Positions 51,071-63,616 of a stretch of DNA of 64,000 nt are shown here, one piece after another. The stretch is from Mobula hypostoma. Its lineage: Eukaryota. Location of the stretch: contig NC_086097.1 of the NCBI RefSeq assembly GCF_963921235.1, forward strand, positions 205,532,001 to 205,596,000, read 5' to 3'. Made by a program: the position numbers and the translations under genes. The notes under the pieces are model-generated. The model made no database searches. It saw nothing but the letters and a program-made list of their open reading frames with translations, and was not told where the DNA came from. Every line of letters starts with the position of its first letter. Position 1 is the first letter of the stretch.

Positions 51071-53825
51071 ACAAAGGAAAGATGGTGAAAGTTACTTACT
51101 TGGATTTTCATAACAAGGTGCCACACACAGGGCTGCTAAACAAGATAAGAATCCAAATCATTAGAGGAAAAATTCTAGCATGGGTAGAAGACAAGCTGAC
51201 TGGCAGAAATCCGACAGTGGATGATGAAGTGGTCCTTTTCAGGATAGTTGCCCAGTCACCAATATTCTTGACATTCACTGGCAATACCATCACCTAATCT
51301 GCCACCCTAGCAAAATTCCTAGAGATTACGATTGGTCAGAAACTCGAACCAACTACATAAAAACTGTGTCTACTGAGGCCAGGAAAAGATCGGATATTGT
51401 GTGATGAATGCCTCATCTCCTAGAAATCCAGCATCTACTGGGCACATGTCAGAAGAGTTATGAAACACCCTGCATTTGCCTGAATACGTGTGGTTCCAGC
51501 AACTCCCATTAATCTCAACATGATCCATAACAAAGCAGTTCTTTTGACTATTACTGCCCAAAACTATTATGTCTTCTCCAACCATTATACAGTGGTTGCT
51601 ATGTTTTCTATCAACAAATTGTATTGCATGTAATCGCATTGACTTCACACAGCTTTCCCCAAAACAGTCAGCCTCCATAACTAAGAAGAACATGGGCAGT
51701 AGCCATGTGGGAATGTCATCAACTGCAGGCTCACCATCCTGACTTGGAAATATATTGCCTTCATCATTACTAGTTCTAAATCTTAGAAAGTCCTTCCTAT
51801 CTGCCCTTGCTGGAGTGCCTCCACTAGAAGAACTGCAATGTTTCAAGGAGTTGTTTTACACCTGGGCATTAACACGTCACTTATATCATATATGTTTAAG
51901 TTATTTTTGTGAATGTTACTTACAGTCCATGATGCTATGTGACTGTGATGCAGCTGCAAGTAAGCTTCTCAATGCATCTATGCATGCATGTACTCGTGCA
52001 TACAACATTAACCTCAACTCAATGACAGTCAGGGATGGGCAATATGTTTTGTTCTCATCAGTAATGTTCAGATTCCTGTTAAGTGAATAACAAGAAAAAG
52101 ATCCTACCAGGGAAACTTCACACAACTTCTTCAGGGTGCTCTGGTTACTCAGTTAAAATTAAAATTCCTGAGACAAAATTTGGAGGAGAGAGAAAGAGTT
52201 TCTCTGGCATCTAAACTTCCTTTTTGAGTCAATAAAAGTAAAATAAGTTAGTCTTTATTCATCTCAATAGGTTTTGTGAGATTATGCTTTATTTGTTCAC
52301 ATAAAAGTCATTTCCTTTCAAGGAAATTCATTATCAAAGCAAAGCCCTTTGAGGATTTTCGAATCCTAAATAAATGAGAGGCTTGCAAACATAAAATAAA
52401 ACTGGAAGTGATTATTGTTAGTCTACTAGTGGAGTTTCAAATACAACGTGGAGAGAGACTAAGTAGATAGCCATTCATTCCTGTAGCACAAATGGCTTTT
52501 CAGAATAAAAGGAAGTTAAAGTGTTATGGTCGAAAGAAATGTTTATCTTTTGTAAAAATTACTCTATTGACTACTCTAAGATTAATTCAACCAAAAGAGA
52601 AATGGAATGATTGTGCTTTCACTCCTGAGGTAGATTAACATTCTTTTTGGTACTTGACACATTTTATTTAGACAATATGTTGAGGCAAATAAAAAGTTAA
52701 TAAAATCAAGGGAATACTGCCAGAACAGAATACAGTTTTTCTATGTTCAAAACCGTACAATGCAATGATCAAGCTACATCTGGGGTATTATGTGCCATTT
52801 TGTAAAAGACTGTGAAAAGCTATTTTATGATAATGAGAAGGGTGAAAGGAAGTGAACCTAAGAGATAAGAGCACAAAATATGTGAGTGGGACACAGTAAT
52901 GAGGAAATACTAAAGTGCCATAATCAATATAAAGTACAAACTTGCTTAACATGATTTCCGAATATGATCTTACAGTTAGGTCACTTTATAGAATTAGATG
53001 TCATAATTATAAAATTGCCAAACAAATTTATATTCTCACTTAAGGATTGAAGCATCTTCAGAACTTACTAGTGGATAACAATCAACAAGCAGTTGTGACA
53101 CAAAGGCTTACTGTGATAAAAGCTCCAGTTGTCTCCAACTGTATTTTACAGGGAAGAGAAACTATATTCTGACAGAATATTACTTCAATATCTGAATGGC
53201 TCTGTGAAAGAATATTAAATTGTCCTTTTCCAGAACAAATAATTCAATGTTGGCGATGATAATAAGCTAATTTAAAATAGAATGTTTTTTTTATATTTTG
53301 TACATACCAAAACCGATGAAAATGGGTTAAATTCATAAAATACAACAGTTCCCATTACTAGGTTTGGTATGATCAACGTTCCTATGGAAATCCTGTTAGA
53401 AATTCTCAGATTAATGTTTGAGACTTTTCTAGTTCAATGGAAATAGATTTGAATGTTGCAAAGCTTTGAACGATGGAAAAGACTGAATCAATGTCAATCA
53501 TTTGGATATTGCTCATAATAGTAAACACAAATCATTAAAGAAAATTAATTATTATGACTGTAAATAAGGGAATTATGCAAACTACCAGTCAAAATAAAGT
53601 ATTACCATTGCAGAATCAGATTTCCTAACTACACATTAGCAAAAATATGCACATTGAGTTACCAGGAGATGTAGATGAGATTGAGACTCATTTATATTGT
53701 GAATTCACATAGTATATAGAAAGTACAAACCATGATGTCTGTACTAACACAAAAACCATGATGTCTGTACAACATCAAATGAAACAAAATCTCTTCTGCC
53801 TGCATACAGAGAAGCAATTTCATCA

Positions 53826-53995
53826 CTCTCTGTAAGGAATTTGTACGTTTTCCCTGTGTGTGGATTTCTACTGGATGCTCCAGTTTCCTCCCAAATTTCA
53901 AAGGTGCATGGATTAGTAGGTTAACTGGTCACTTGGGTGCAATTGGGCAGTAGGGATTTTTGGGTTGGGAGGACTCATTACTGTGCTCTATCTCC
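53826..53995 (+). mobile_element. V-SINE-like fragment
   Basis: tttgtacgttttccctgtgtgtggatttc...gctccagtttcctccca V-domain core. Confidence 0.6.
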
Positions 53996-54011
53996 AAACA
54001 ATTTTAGAGAG

Positions 54012-54078
54012 CAGGGGTTCCCAACCTTTTTTATGCCATGGACCCCTACCATTCACTGAGTGGTCCGTGGAACCCCTG
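54012..54078. mobile_element. Short hAT-type MITE (same family as 50993-51070)
   Basis: CAGGGGTTCC...GGAACCCCTG, shares the first about 30 nt with the other copy. Confidence 0.7.
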
Positions 54079-55339
54079 GGTAGAGTAAATTAATTCGTTA
54101 AATAATTATCAGAGAAATTTGAAGAAAAAGTGAGCTGTCAAATAGGATGGTGGAATCTGGCTATTAAAAATCCTTAAAGCATACGGTTATGGACTAAGGA
54201 TTGGAAAAGGGATTAAACTGATGTTCATTTTTTAGATACCAAGGAGACAAATGTGACAAATGGACTCCCCTGTGCCACAAAATAATCGTAATTTCTATGA
54301 TTCTATGGCACTAATTTGAACTAAGTAGGGGAATTCTCCTTGATATCTGGCTCAGAATTTATCCATCAGCCATCAGGTGGTCATTATCACAGTACTAATT
54401 CTGTGACCGTAATGTTTGTATTTGGCTACTATCCCCAACATTATTATGATGATCTAAGTTAAATAATCAGTTCTGAAGCATTTTGGGTCAGTTAAAGATC
54501 ATGAGAAGCAATACTCTCAACCTACATCTACTAGCTTTCATTCTGGAGCTGTGGCCAAGGCAGGCAAAGAAGGAAACCAGGATCATTTCCAAGCAAAGCA
54601 TGGAAGATTTTATATCTTACAATTTCTACTACTCCTCAAATATCAGCAGAAACCACTAAATAATTAATCAATTAAATAGAGTACCCATGCACTGCACAGC
54701 ATGGGGCAAGGAAATAATAAGTATCGTTATGCTAAGATGAACATAAAGGCGAAATAAATGCATGACGTTCAGAAAAGAATACTCTTGTGTGCCGAAAGCA
54801 ATGAACAAGTTTTGAAGTAATGAACAACATTTAACTCTTATGAAAATTCAATTATTAAACATATAAACCAACACATTGTTGTCTCTGTGTCTCAAGTCCA
54901 GCTGTCTTTCTGCTCATCCTAGCATAACCATGCCTGCTGTTTTGTTTTTTTTCTCCCATACTGTGTAGCGCACCCTTGTACATGAAGAAATTAATTAATT
55001 GATTAAAATTTAGTGTTTTTACTGAATGATTAAAGAGTAAATCAGCCTACCCTCCATGGGCTCTGTCTACATCTCTTGCCTCTACAACAAAACAGCCATC
55101 ATGATCATGGAGCCCTCCCACCCCAGCACCCCAGACATTATCTCTTTAACTCCTCCCCCAATCTGGCAGAAGATATAAAATCCTGAAAATATGTATTACC
55201 ATGCTCAGGGACAACTTCTATGCAACTGTTATAAGACCATTGAACAGACCTCTTGCATGAAAAATAGGATCTTGACCTCACAATCTACTTCATCATTGCC
55301 TTGGACTTTATCATTATCCTATAGTCCTAATTGAAAAGC

Positions 55340-57482
55340 TACAGAACATCGGCCTCTGCAACTCATTCTTCGACTTCCTCACTGGAAGACCACAATCTGT
55401 GCAGATTGGAAATAACATCTCCACCCCGCTGACAATCAATATTGGGGCACCTCAGGAGTGTGCACTTCGCCTGCTGCTGTATCCTCTCTACACCCATGAT
55501 AGTGTGGCCAGGCACAGCTCAAATACCAACTATAAATTTGCTGATGGTAGAATTTTATGATTGTTGGCAGAATTTCAGACGGTGACGAAAGGGTGTACGG
55601 GAGCGAGACATATCAGTTAGTCGAGTTGTGTCGCAGCAACAATGTCGCACTCAACGTCAGCAAGACCAAAGAGGAGATTGTGGATTTGACTTTATTTTTA
55701 CATCCTTCACATACATGAGGAGTAAAAGTCTTTATGTTATGTCTCCATCTAAACGTGCAATGTGCAATCATAGTAATTTATAATAAATAGAACAGTCAAT
55801 GTAAGATAGAAATACACTCAAATCAGCGTGAGATAATCAGTCTGATTGCCTGGTGGAAAAAGCTGTCCCGGAGCCTCTTGGCCCTGGCTTTTGTGCTGCG
55901 TTACCATTTCCCAGATGGCAGCAGCTGGAATAGATTGCGGTTGGAGGTGTCTCGGGTCCCAATGATCCTTCTGGCCCTTTTTACACACCTGTCTTTGTAA
56001 ATGTCCGGAGTAGTGGGAAGATGACATCTACAGATGTGCTGGGCTGTCCACACTACTCTCTGCAGAATCCTGTGATTAAGGGAAGTACAGTTCTCATACC
56101 AGACAGTGATGCAGCCAGTCAGGATGCTCTCAGTTGTGGCCCTGTAGAATGTTCTTAGGATTTGGGGGCCCATACCAACCTTCCTCAACCATCTGAGGTG
56201 AAAGAGGCGCTGTTGTGCATTTTTCATCACACAGCTGGTAGGTACAGACCACGTGAGGTCCTCAGTGATGTGGATACCGAGGAACTTAAAGCTGTTTAAC
56301 TCTCAACCCCAGATCCGTTAATGTCAATAGGGGTTAGCCTGTCTCTACTCCTCCTGTAATCCACAACCAGCTCCTTTGTTTTTGCAATATTGAAGGAGAG
56401 GTTGTTTTCTTGACACCACTGTGTCAGAGAGATGACTTCTTCTATATAGGCTACCTCATTATTATTTGAGATTAGGCCAATCAATGTAGTGTTGTTGGCA
56501 AATTTAATTAGCAGATTAGAGCTGTGGGTGGCGACACAGTTATGGGTATACAGGTAGTAAAGGAGGGGACTTAGTACACAGCCCTGAGGGGCTTCTGTGT
56601 TGAGAGTCAGAGGGGTGGAGGCGAGGAAGCCCACCTTTACCACCTGCTGGTGATCTGACAGGAAGCCTGGGATCCAGCTGCACAAGGCAGGGTCAAGGTT
56701 GAAGTCTCTGAGCTTCCTGTCGAGTCTAGAGGGAATTATGGTGTTGAATGCTGAACTGTAATTCAAGTCAGCATTCTTCAGGAAGGGTAAGGCAAGAGAA
56801 CACAAACCAATCCTGAAAGAGGGATCAGAAGTGGAGAGAATGAATAATTTCAAGTTCTGGGTGTCAGTATCTCTGAGGACCTAACCTGGACACAATGTAT
56901 TGATGCAGCTATCAAGAAGGCAAGACAGCAATATATTTCATTAGGAGTTTGAGGAGATTTGGCCTGTCAACTAAAATACTCGAAAACTTCAACAAGTGTT
57001 CTGACTGACTGCATCACTGACTAGAATGGGGTTGTGGGGCGGGGGGGGGGCGCTACTGCACAAGATCAAAACAAGTTGCAGAAACTTGTACAATTTGTCG
57101 GCTTTGTCATGGGTACCAGCCTCTAGAGTATCCAAGACATCTTCAAGGAGTGGTGCCTTAGGAAGGTGGCATCCATCATTAACGACTCCCACCACCCAGG
57201 ACATGACTGCTACTATCGGGAAGGAGATACAGAAGCCTGAAGGCACGCACTCAGTAATACAGGAACAGCTTCTTCCCCTCTGCCATCCGATTCCTAAATG
57301 GACATTGAATCGGAACTCTACACTACACTTTCTCTTTAACTGTAACACTTTAGCTGTATATTGTTATTGTTTATTCATTTTCCTGCAAATATATCGTGAA
57401 ATGATCTGTATGCATGGTATGCAAAACAGTTTTTCAATGTATCCTGAAACATGCAACAGTAATAAACCAATTTACCAATTTA
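55340..57482 (+). mobile_element. Rex1/Babar LINE (plus strand) split by an antisense Rex1 insertion
   Basis: [10 protein letters not shown]...GAPQ...LYTHD...KFAD...KTKE.IVD up to about 55688. Resumes ttcaggaagggtaag at about 56777 and continues to aataaacc. Confidence 0.8.
55689..56760 (-). mobile_element. Rex1/Babar LINE (minus strand), RT C-terminal half and 3' end
   Basis: ORF 56296-56853 (YSSAFNTI, APQGCVLSPLLY, KFANNTT) and ORF 55901-56230 (FYRATTESILTGCITVWY). Confidence 0.9.
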
Positions 57483-57689
57483 TTAGTATGTACAGAATAT
57501 AAAGATCTCCATGATCATCTTGGAAATAATCCCTGTTTTATTCTTTGCCTGTGTTAGCGACAACTCCAGAACTAAAGTTAATCAATGCAGACTGAGTGAA
57601 GTAACTCTTCTCACAATCTTTAACTGTTCCAAGTCAGATTCTGGCAATCTGCTTAGTAAAGTTACAGACAGTTTAGAATTTGAATTGTA

Positions 57690-59040
57690 ACCTTGCAGAT
57701 GGCACAACAATTGATGGAGTCATTGATTGTTAAGCAGGTTTTCTGAGGCTATAGCAGGATACAGATCAGCTGGAAAGTTGGGCAGAACTAGGACAGATTA
57801 GGGTTGATCCAGACAAGAGTGTTTGTACGAACTGTGAAGTCAATCTCAAGTAGGACAAAGAGAGTGCAGGGTAAGGATCTCAGGAGTGTTGATATGCAAG
57901 TCCATAAGCAGGGTTTTGCAGATAACTAGAGTGGTGAAGAAGACAACTGATTTGCTTATCTTCATAAAATGAGGCATTGGAGTATTAGAGTTAGGACATT
58001 ATGTTGTATCTGCACAGAACATTGGTTAGTTTACACTTGCAGAACTGTGTTCAGCTTTCGTGACCACATTAGTATTGGAGGTAGTAATAGACAGAATACA
58101 GAGAGGTTGCCTGGAATGAAGAGCTGCAACTAAAAGGCAGGATTTACCCTCAATTGGAGGCTGAGAGGTGATTTCATGGAGGTTGATGAAATAATGATAA
58201 TTCATGGTTAAGACAGATAATCAGTTAGGGAAATCTAGAACTAAAACACATAGGTTTAATGTGAGGGGTGAAAATTTAATTATAATCTGAGGGGTAAGTT
58301 TTCACACAGATGGTGATAGTTATCTGGAATGAGCTCCCAGAGGAGATGATGAAGGCATTTAAATAGGGAAAGCACAGAGGGATTCAGGTCTAATGCAGGT
58401 GTAACACCCTGGGAAAGGTCTCACTGCTAATGTAATAGTCTTTCTGTAGAAGCAGTGTTTGGGTTATGGCTAGAGATAACGGGGGCTCTGGAATTTGCGC
58501 CTTCCAATAAGGGAGTGTTTTTTCTTGTTATGTGCCTGAGACCGAGGTGCTCTGGGTCTTTTGTTCAGCGGAAGCTGGAGAGAGAAGATGCCAGAAAGGA
58601 GAGGTCGTAGACACCAGAAAGGAGTGGACTTGGAGTGGGGCTGGGAGTCGACGAAGCCCAGGGAAATCGATGGAGGACCAGCGGTAGGTAAACCAGGAGC
58701 TCCAACTTGTGCATGTTAGACTGTTTCATTAAAATAGGCCCTTTTCTTTTTGTTTTACTTAACCCGTTAGTAAAATTAAGAATGATAAATCTAAATTGTT
58801 TAATTGCATATGGTGTACTGCCTGTTATTTTGTGGTACTGATTTGTAACAGGGGAACAGCTCACACAGCATCCACACAAACAGGAGGTTTTGCACCTTCA
58901 ATCTCACACGTTTGGCCAGAGATGGACTTACACAGCCGACAGAACCCGAGGGTTACACGGGGAAAGGATAGGCAAGCATCACAGTCAGCATTGATGAGAA
59001 GGGCTGAAAGAGCATGATTTCATGCTGCATAATTCTGTGA
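57690..59040 (+). mobile_element. Highly decayed CR1 3' part, interrupted by a solo-LTR-like insert
   Basis: ttgcagatggcacaa (FADD-like), cacttgcagaactgtgttcag and tttcacacagatggtg motifs. Confidence 0.65.
58400..58957. mobile_element. Solo-LTR-like insert, 558 bp
   Basis: TGTAACACCCT...AGGGTTACA inverted ends, flanks CAGG (58396-58399) and CGGG (58958-58961), a 4-bp TSD with one CpG-type change. Confidence 0.7.
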
Positions 59041-59611
59041 GTCAAACGATAATGCATTATAGGCTAATAGTAGCTGCCTGGAAAAAGAATACTTTCTTAG
59101 AAATCAAAACAATTTAGCAGGTTGCTCAGCCCAACCAGTCTGGTAATAACGTAAAATGAGCAGTTTTTAAGCCAACGGTTACGTCCCTAACAGTTACACA
59201 TATACCCGACAACTAAACTAACCGGCCTCCTGCAACACGTTACACAATTTCCTCGCCTCCCTGAGAAAGTGAAGCTGTTATGAGCACTGCTTCACCTTCA
59301 GGGCCAAAACATTCCTGGATGCACAGTATATTCTGTTGCTAAGGTAGGAGTACATAGAATCTTTATTTCCGTAAAGTTTTAGCATTTCCACAACATCCGA
59401 TTGTTCTTATTTTAAGTTTTACTTCCTCACATCCTTTTAAGTTTCTCTAGTCACTACAATTTTTTATATTTTGATTTTCCCCAGTGCCACATATGAGCTG
59501 GCTGCTAGGATTAATTAGCAGATCATTTTCATTAGCAGATTTGAATTTAGAACAGACTCTAGTTTCCTCTTAAATCTCATCAGGCAACGCTGCTAAATGG
59601 TATTCAAATAG

Positions 59612-59908
59612 ATAATTAGTGTAACGCTTTTACAGCGCCAGCTGTAAGATGGTGGCTCAATTGCTGCCATTACATGTCAGTAGTTTGTACATTCTCCCCA
59701 CGACTATGTGTTCATGGGGAGACTCTTGGTGCTCCAGTTTCCTCCCACCTTCCAAAAATGTACGGTTAGGGTGAGTGAGTTGTGGGCATGCTATGTTGGT
59801 ACCAGAAGTGTGGTAATGCTTGCCTGGCACAGTCCTCATTGATTTGATTTGACACAAACGACACATTTCACTTTATGCTTCGATGTACATGTGACCAATA
59901 AAGCTAAT
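59612..59908 (+). mobile_element. V-SINE-like element with Rex-type tail
   Basis: gtttgtacattctcccca...gctccagtttcctccca core, ending gtacatgtgaccaataaagctaat. Confidence 0.6.
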
Positions 59909-59942
59909 GGAAAAGATCTAGTGCTTTCCCGGCGTATATGAT

Positions 59943-60159
59943 GAGTAGTCTCTTCTCGGGCTTCCAGATGGTACAGGTATTGATGTTCACAGACATTTCG
60001 ATGACAAACCAATCAGGAGGGACAGATGACGGGGTTATATATTCCACCGGACTAGACATGCCTAGGCATCATCCCTGATGAAGATGGCAGAGTTTGTCAT
60101 TGAAATGTCAGTTAAAACCAGTATCTGTACCTGGCTGAAAGCCCGAGAAGAGTTTACTC
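59943..60159 (+). mobile_element. Penelope-type terminal-repeat fragment with about 67-bp inverted arms and a minimal hammerhead motif
   Basis: Arms 59943-60009 and 60092-60159 are reverse-complementary. CTGATGA at 60075-60081, stem II, GAAA-TGTC at 60102-60109. Confidence 0.7.
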
Positions 60160-60464
60160 GAAATAAACCTAATCTTTAAAATATACTTTGGGAAGATGGA
60201 GGAGTTATTTTAACTTTTAGCCTTAGCCTCCCCACACTATAAAACTTCTGTAGGAAAAGGGTGACATCTGACTGGCTTCTGCTGTATTTCCTGGACTCTA
60301 TTCTTTCAACAAATGGTTAGATTAAGGTGTGTCACAACAAATTACTTAGCTCTTAGAATAAGATATTACGCAATCGGGTTTATCTATAAATTTGGAAAAA
60401 GACATTTCTATATTTACTCGTTAAAAAAACACTATTTATTGTTTGCGTTATTTATTATCCATAC

Positions 60465-60588
60465 CTGGTTACGTAGGGAGATGATTGTCTTTTGCACATC
60501 AGCCACAAAACTGTTGAAACCTTGGGGGGTCTCATGATTATTGGGAAAAATTGTTGAGTTTACAAACTCCCCAAAATCTTGAGTGTAC
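60465..60588 (-). CDS. PXDNL: PXDNL-like coding exon (equivalent to exon 21): (R)YTQDFGEFVNSTIFPNNHETPQGFNSFVADVQKTIISLRNQ, linker and start of coiled coil
   Basis: Acceptor aatgctag, donor CAG|gtatgg, 124 nt, phase 2 in (fits the previous exon) and phase 0 out. FxxFVxDxQKTIxxLRxQ matches the peroxidasin pre-VWC helix. Confidence 0.9.
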
Positions 60589-62329
60589 CTAGCATTCATA
60601 AGAAGAGTTCATCTTATAAGGTGAATTGTTTCAGTCAAAACAAAACAATCTGAATATACAATGTTAGCAAATTCTTAAAACATACCCAGTTTTTTAATGT
60701 AAATACAGGATATCTTGTTACATAATACAGGATATCAAAGGAATTAACAGAATAAAGGGCAATGATACCTTCCCCAGAGGAAGCTCCAATTCAAATGCAT
60801 GCTTGTTTCTTCCATGTAATTAGCAACATAATAGCTTTCTGAGCACTGATTAAAAAACAACTTGTGCCTAAAACTTGAATTAATTAGCACCAGAATTCTG
60901 CCTGTGATGCAATTCCATTTCAATTAAAATCAAAATCATTAAGGACAATTAAGACCATGCTTCATGTTGAATGAATTCCTTAGATTTCCTTTGGGTCCTC
61001 CACATGTCTCCTGTGTTATTGTGTGTAGCAGTGTCCAAAGAACATGCAACGCACTACTAGACACTGTTTTTATAACGTTAATATCTTCATGTCAGGCTCA
61101 GGCCAGTGCAAGTCCTGCACAAACACACAGATTAGAAACAAGAATAGGTGTCTGGTTCTCTCTGGTCTGTTTCACTGTGTAATAAATTCATTGCTGATTT
61201 GACGGTAATATCAGATGAGCAATCCAATCTATCAGTAATAACCATTCACCCTTAGCTTTTCAAACGTCCATCTACCTCCACGTTTCCTGCTGTTTAAGGA
61301 ATGGAGTTCCAAAGATTCAAGGGTCACCAAGAGAAAAAAAAGTAGATTCATTTCTGCTTATCATGACTCCCAATCTGAACACCCACCTCCACCCTCAATC
61401 ACTCCACCTACCTCAGACACCGGCTTCCCTGATTTCCTTTGGGCTGACTCCAGAGGCAAAATAATCAGGCAAATTGTCTTTTGACTTTGCACGATCTTTT
61501 GAGTAGTGCATAATACATTAGAGCACTGTCACATCTGTTGGCTACGTATTTTCAAACAAAATGCTCATATGTCGATCATGAACCAACTATTTAATTTATC
61601 TCTGTTGCCACCCACCAATTTCTAAGGATAAATTGCTTATTATTTTTTATTTGCATTTCTTGCTCACCAAACTCTGCTCTGCTGGAAGCAGTTACATTTT
61701 GTGTTACATTAAGTACAGACTCAATAAAGTCTGACTGCCAAATAGCTATTTGTTGGGTGTGTGTTTTGGCAGTGATGCTCAGCATTAGGTGCACTTCAAC
61801 AGAACAGTTTTATTTGCAACAGCTGTCATCAACTATGACATTAAAGCAGGCCATCATTCTGCAAAAGTCATTTGGAATAAGCAGCTAAAATATCAGCACT
61901 GATTAGAGCTTTGAATCTTTTTGAGTTATATGTCTGAAAACAAGCTTTAAGGGTTTTGTGATGAATCTATATTCAGCAAGGATATAGAACAAATAACCCA
62001 GCCTAGAAATGGTCGTTGAGGATGTTCAGAAGAAACAGAATTAATATTTCAAATTAATGAGAAATGTTGAAGTGTGTTATGGTGATGTTTTCAATGTATA
62101 AAGAACTGGTGATGGAATTCTCTTTCATCCCATTTAATATTCTGATGAAATATCATTTGTCAGAAACATGAACTCTTCTTCTTTTCTCATGGATGCAACC
62201 TTACTTGTATCTTCTTTCCTTTTTATTTTTCATTTCTATCTGCTGCTGCTAGGATAAAGTATTTTGCCATTTGGGTACAACTTTATGGAAGTGTTAAACG
62301 TCGATTATGACATTATAGTGAATTACTGT

Positions 62330-62680
62330 CAATGTTCTCTCTAATTTGTAATGACCAGTGTGCTCAAAGATCTTGTGCTATGTAATTTTTTTGCCCAGTG
62401 ACAACAACATGTGCACACTGAATTTTATATATAGAGATACTCATTTTTACAAGCTAGCAAAACCCTGTTAACAGGAACCTAAGAACGTTTGCATACCGCC
62501 CATATGTGATTTGCTTACTAAATAATGCTTTAAAAAGTCAAGTTTCCAAATATCACTCCACTTCTTCCCACTCGCAACTTCACCAATGAAATAGCTTTTG
62601 TGCACGGTTTAAATTCCTTTGTGCACTAGCAGCAAAAGATGTGTATGTGCGCACATGCGCACACCTTAGAAGGAACATTG
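62330..62680. mobile_element. hAT-type MITE, 351 bp
   Basis: CAATGTTCTCTCTAA...TTAGAAGGAACATTG TIRs, 8-bp TSD ATTACTGT/ATTACTGC. Confidence 0.85.
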
Positions 62681-63616
62681 ATTACTGCTGATAGCATAGG
62701 CGTTTCAAATATGAGGCAAAGAATATATCAGGTGGAGAAGATTAAAAAGGGAAAAATAAATTTTGATTAAGGCTTCCTCTGGGCTGCAGTAATTATGCTA
62801 TTGGCTTTGTGTTGCATTTTACTACTTGAACATGCTGGATTCAATTCTGCTAAGATTCATTCAACATCATTCGTAGCCTTTTATTGTGACTCAGGAGTAT
62901 ATGCTTTAATTATTTTTCTTCTTATGTGACTATTTGAACATTTGCTTGTATTAAGGTCACCTACTACTCTCAGACAACTTGGACCTATTATTTCACTCGG
63001 TGTCATTTCTGAGGTTGACTCCTCTAAACCAATAATTCCTTGTTAAGTATAATTTCCAAATTTGGCCATTTTGTGTTTCATTAAGTTGTTATCAACATAA
63101 ATTAGAAACAGTGTTGTCTAAGGTCACTTATCTCAGTACTTCAAAACAATTCAAAATAGTTGATTTATATTTTTCCATGAATTTGTTAACCTTCCTGACA
63201 TTTGCCTGAATTCTTCATCGCCTTTCACATGGCAATTTCTTTACCTCATATAGTCCCCATTACACCAACGCAAGGTTGCATTAACGTCTTCAGCTTTATA
63301 CCCAACAGAAATATTCTACTACTGTTCATCTGTGGGGCATCATACCCATAATTTAACACAAAGTAACTTATGGCGTCATGTCAAACGGACCTTTTATCAA
63401 TGACAGAACACAATTTCATTCCTATTTAGGCCTATTTTTGTTTTGTTCATAATTGTGCTGCAGAGTTAGATCTATTGCTTTACATGCATGAATCTGTCTT
63501 TGCCTTGCAGTAATTTACTATTACGTTCTCAATTAGCAAATTACATTGCAGTGAATTCATTGTTTTAATTCAAGTCATCAAATCACATCTTCAAAACTGC
63601 CACCGCAAACTCATAC

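Noticed and set aside
53726..53772. Direct repeat aaaccatgatgtctgtac x2
   Set aside because: Two-unit local duplication, not an array or CRISPR.
61650..61740. Minus-strand SDFIESVLNVTQNVTASSRAEF followed by gtgag as the linker exon
   Set aside because: No acceptor in the required phase 2. The exon at 60465-60588 fits both phase and homology.
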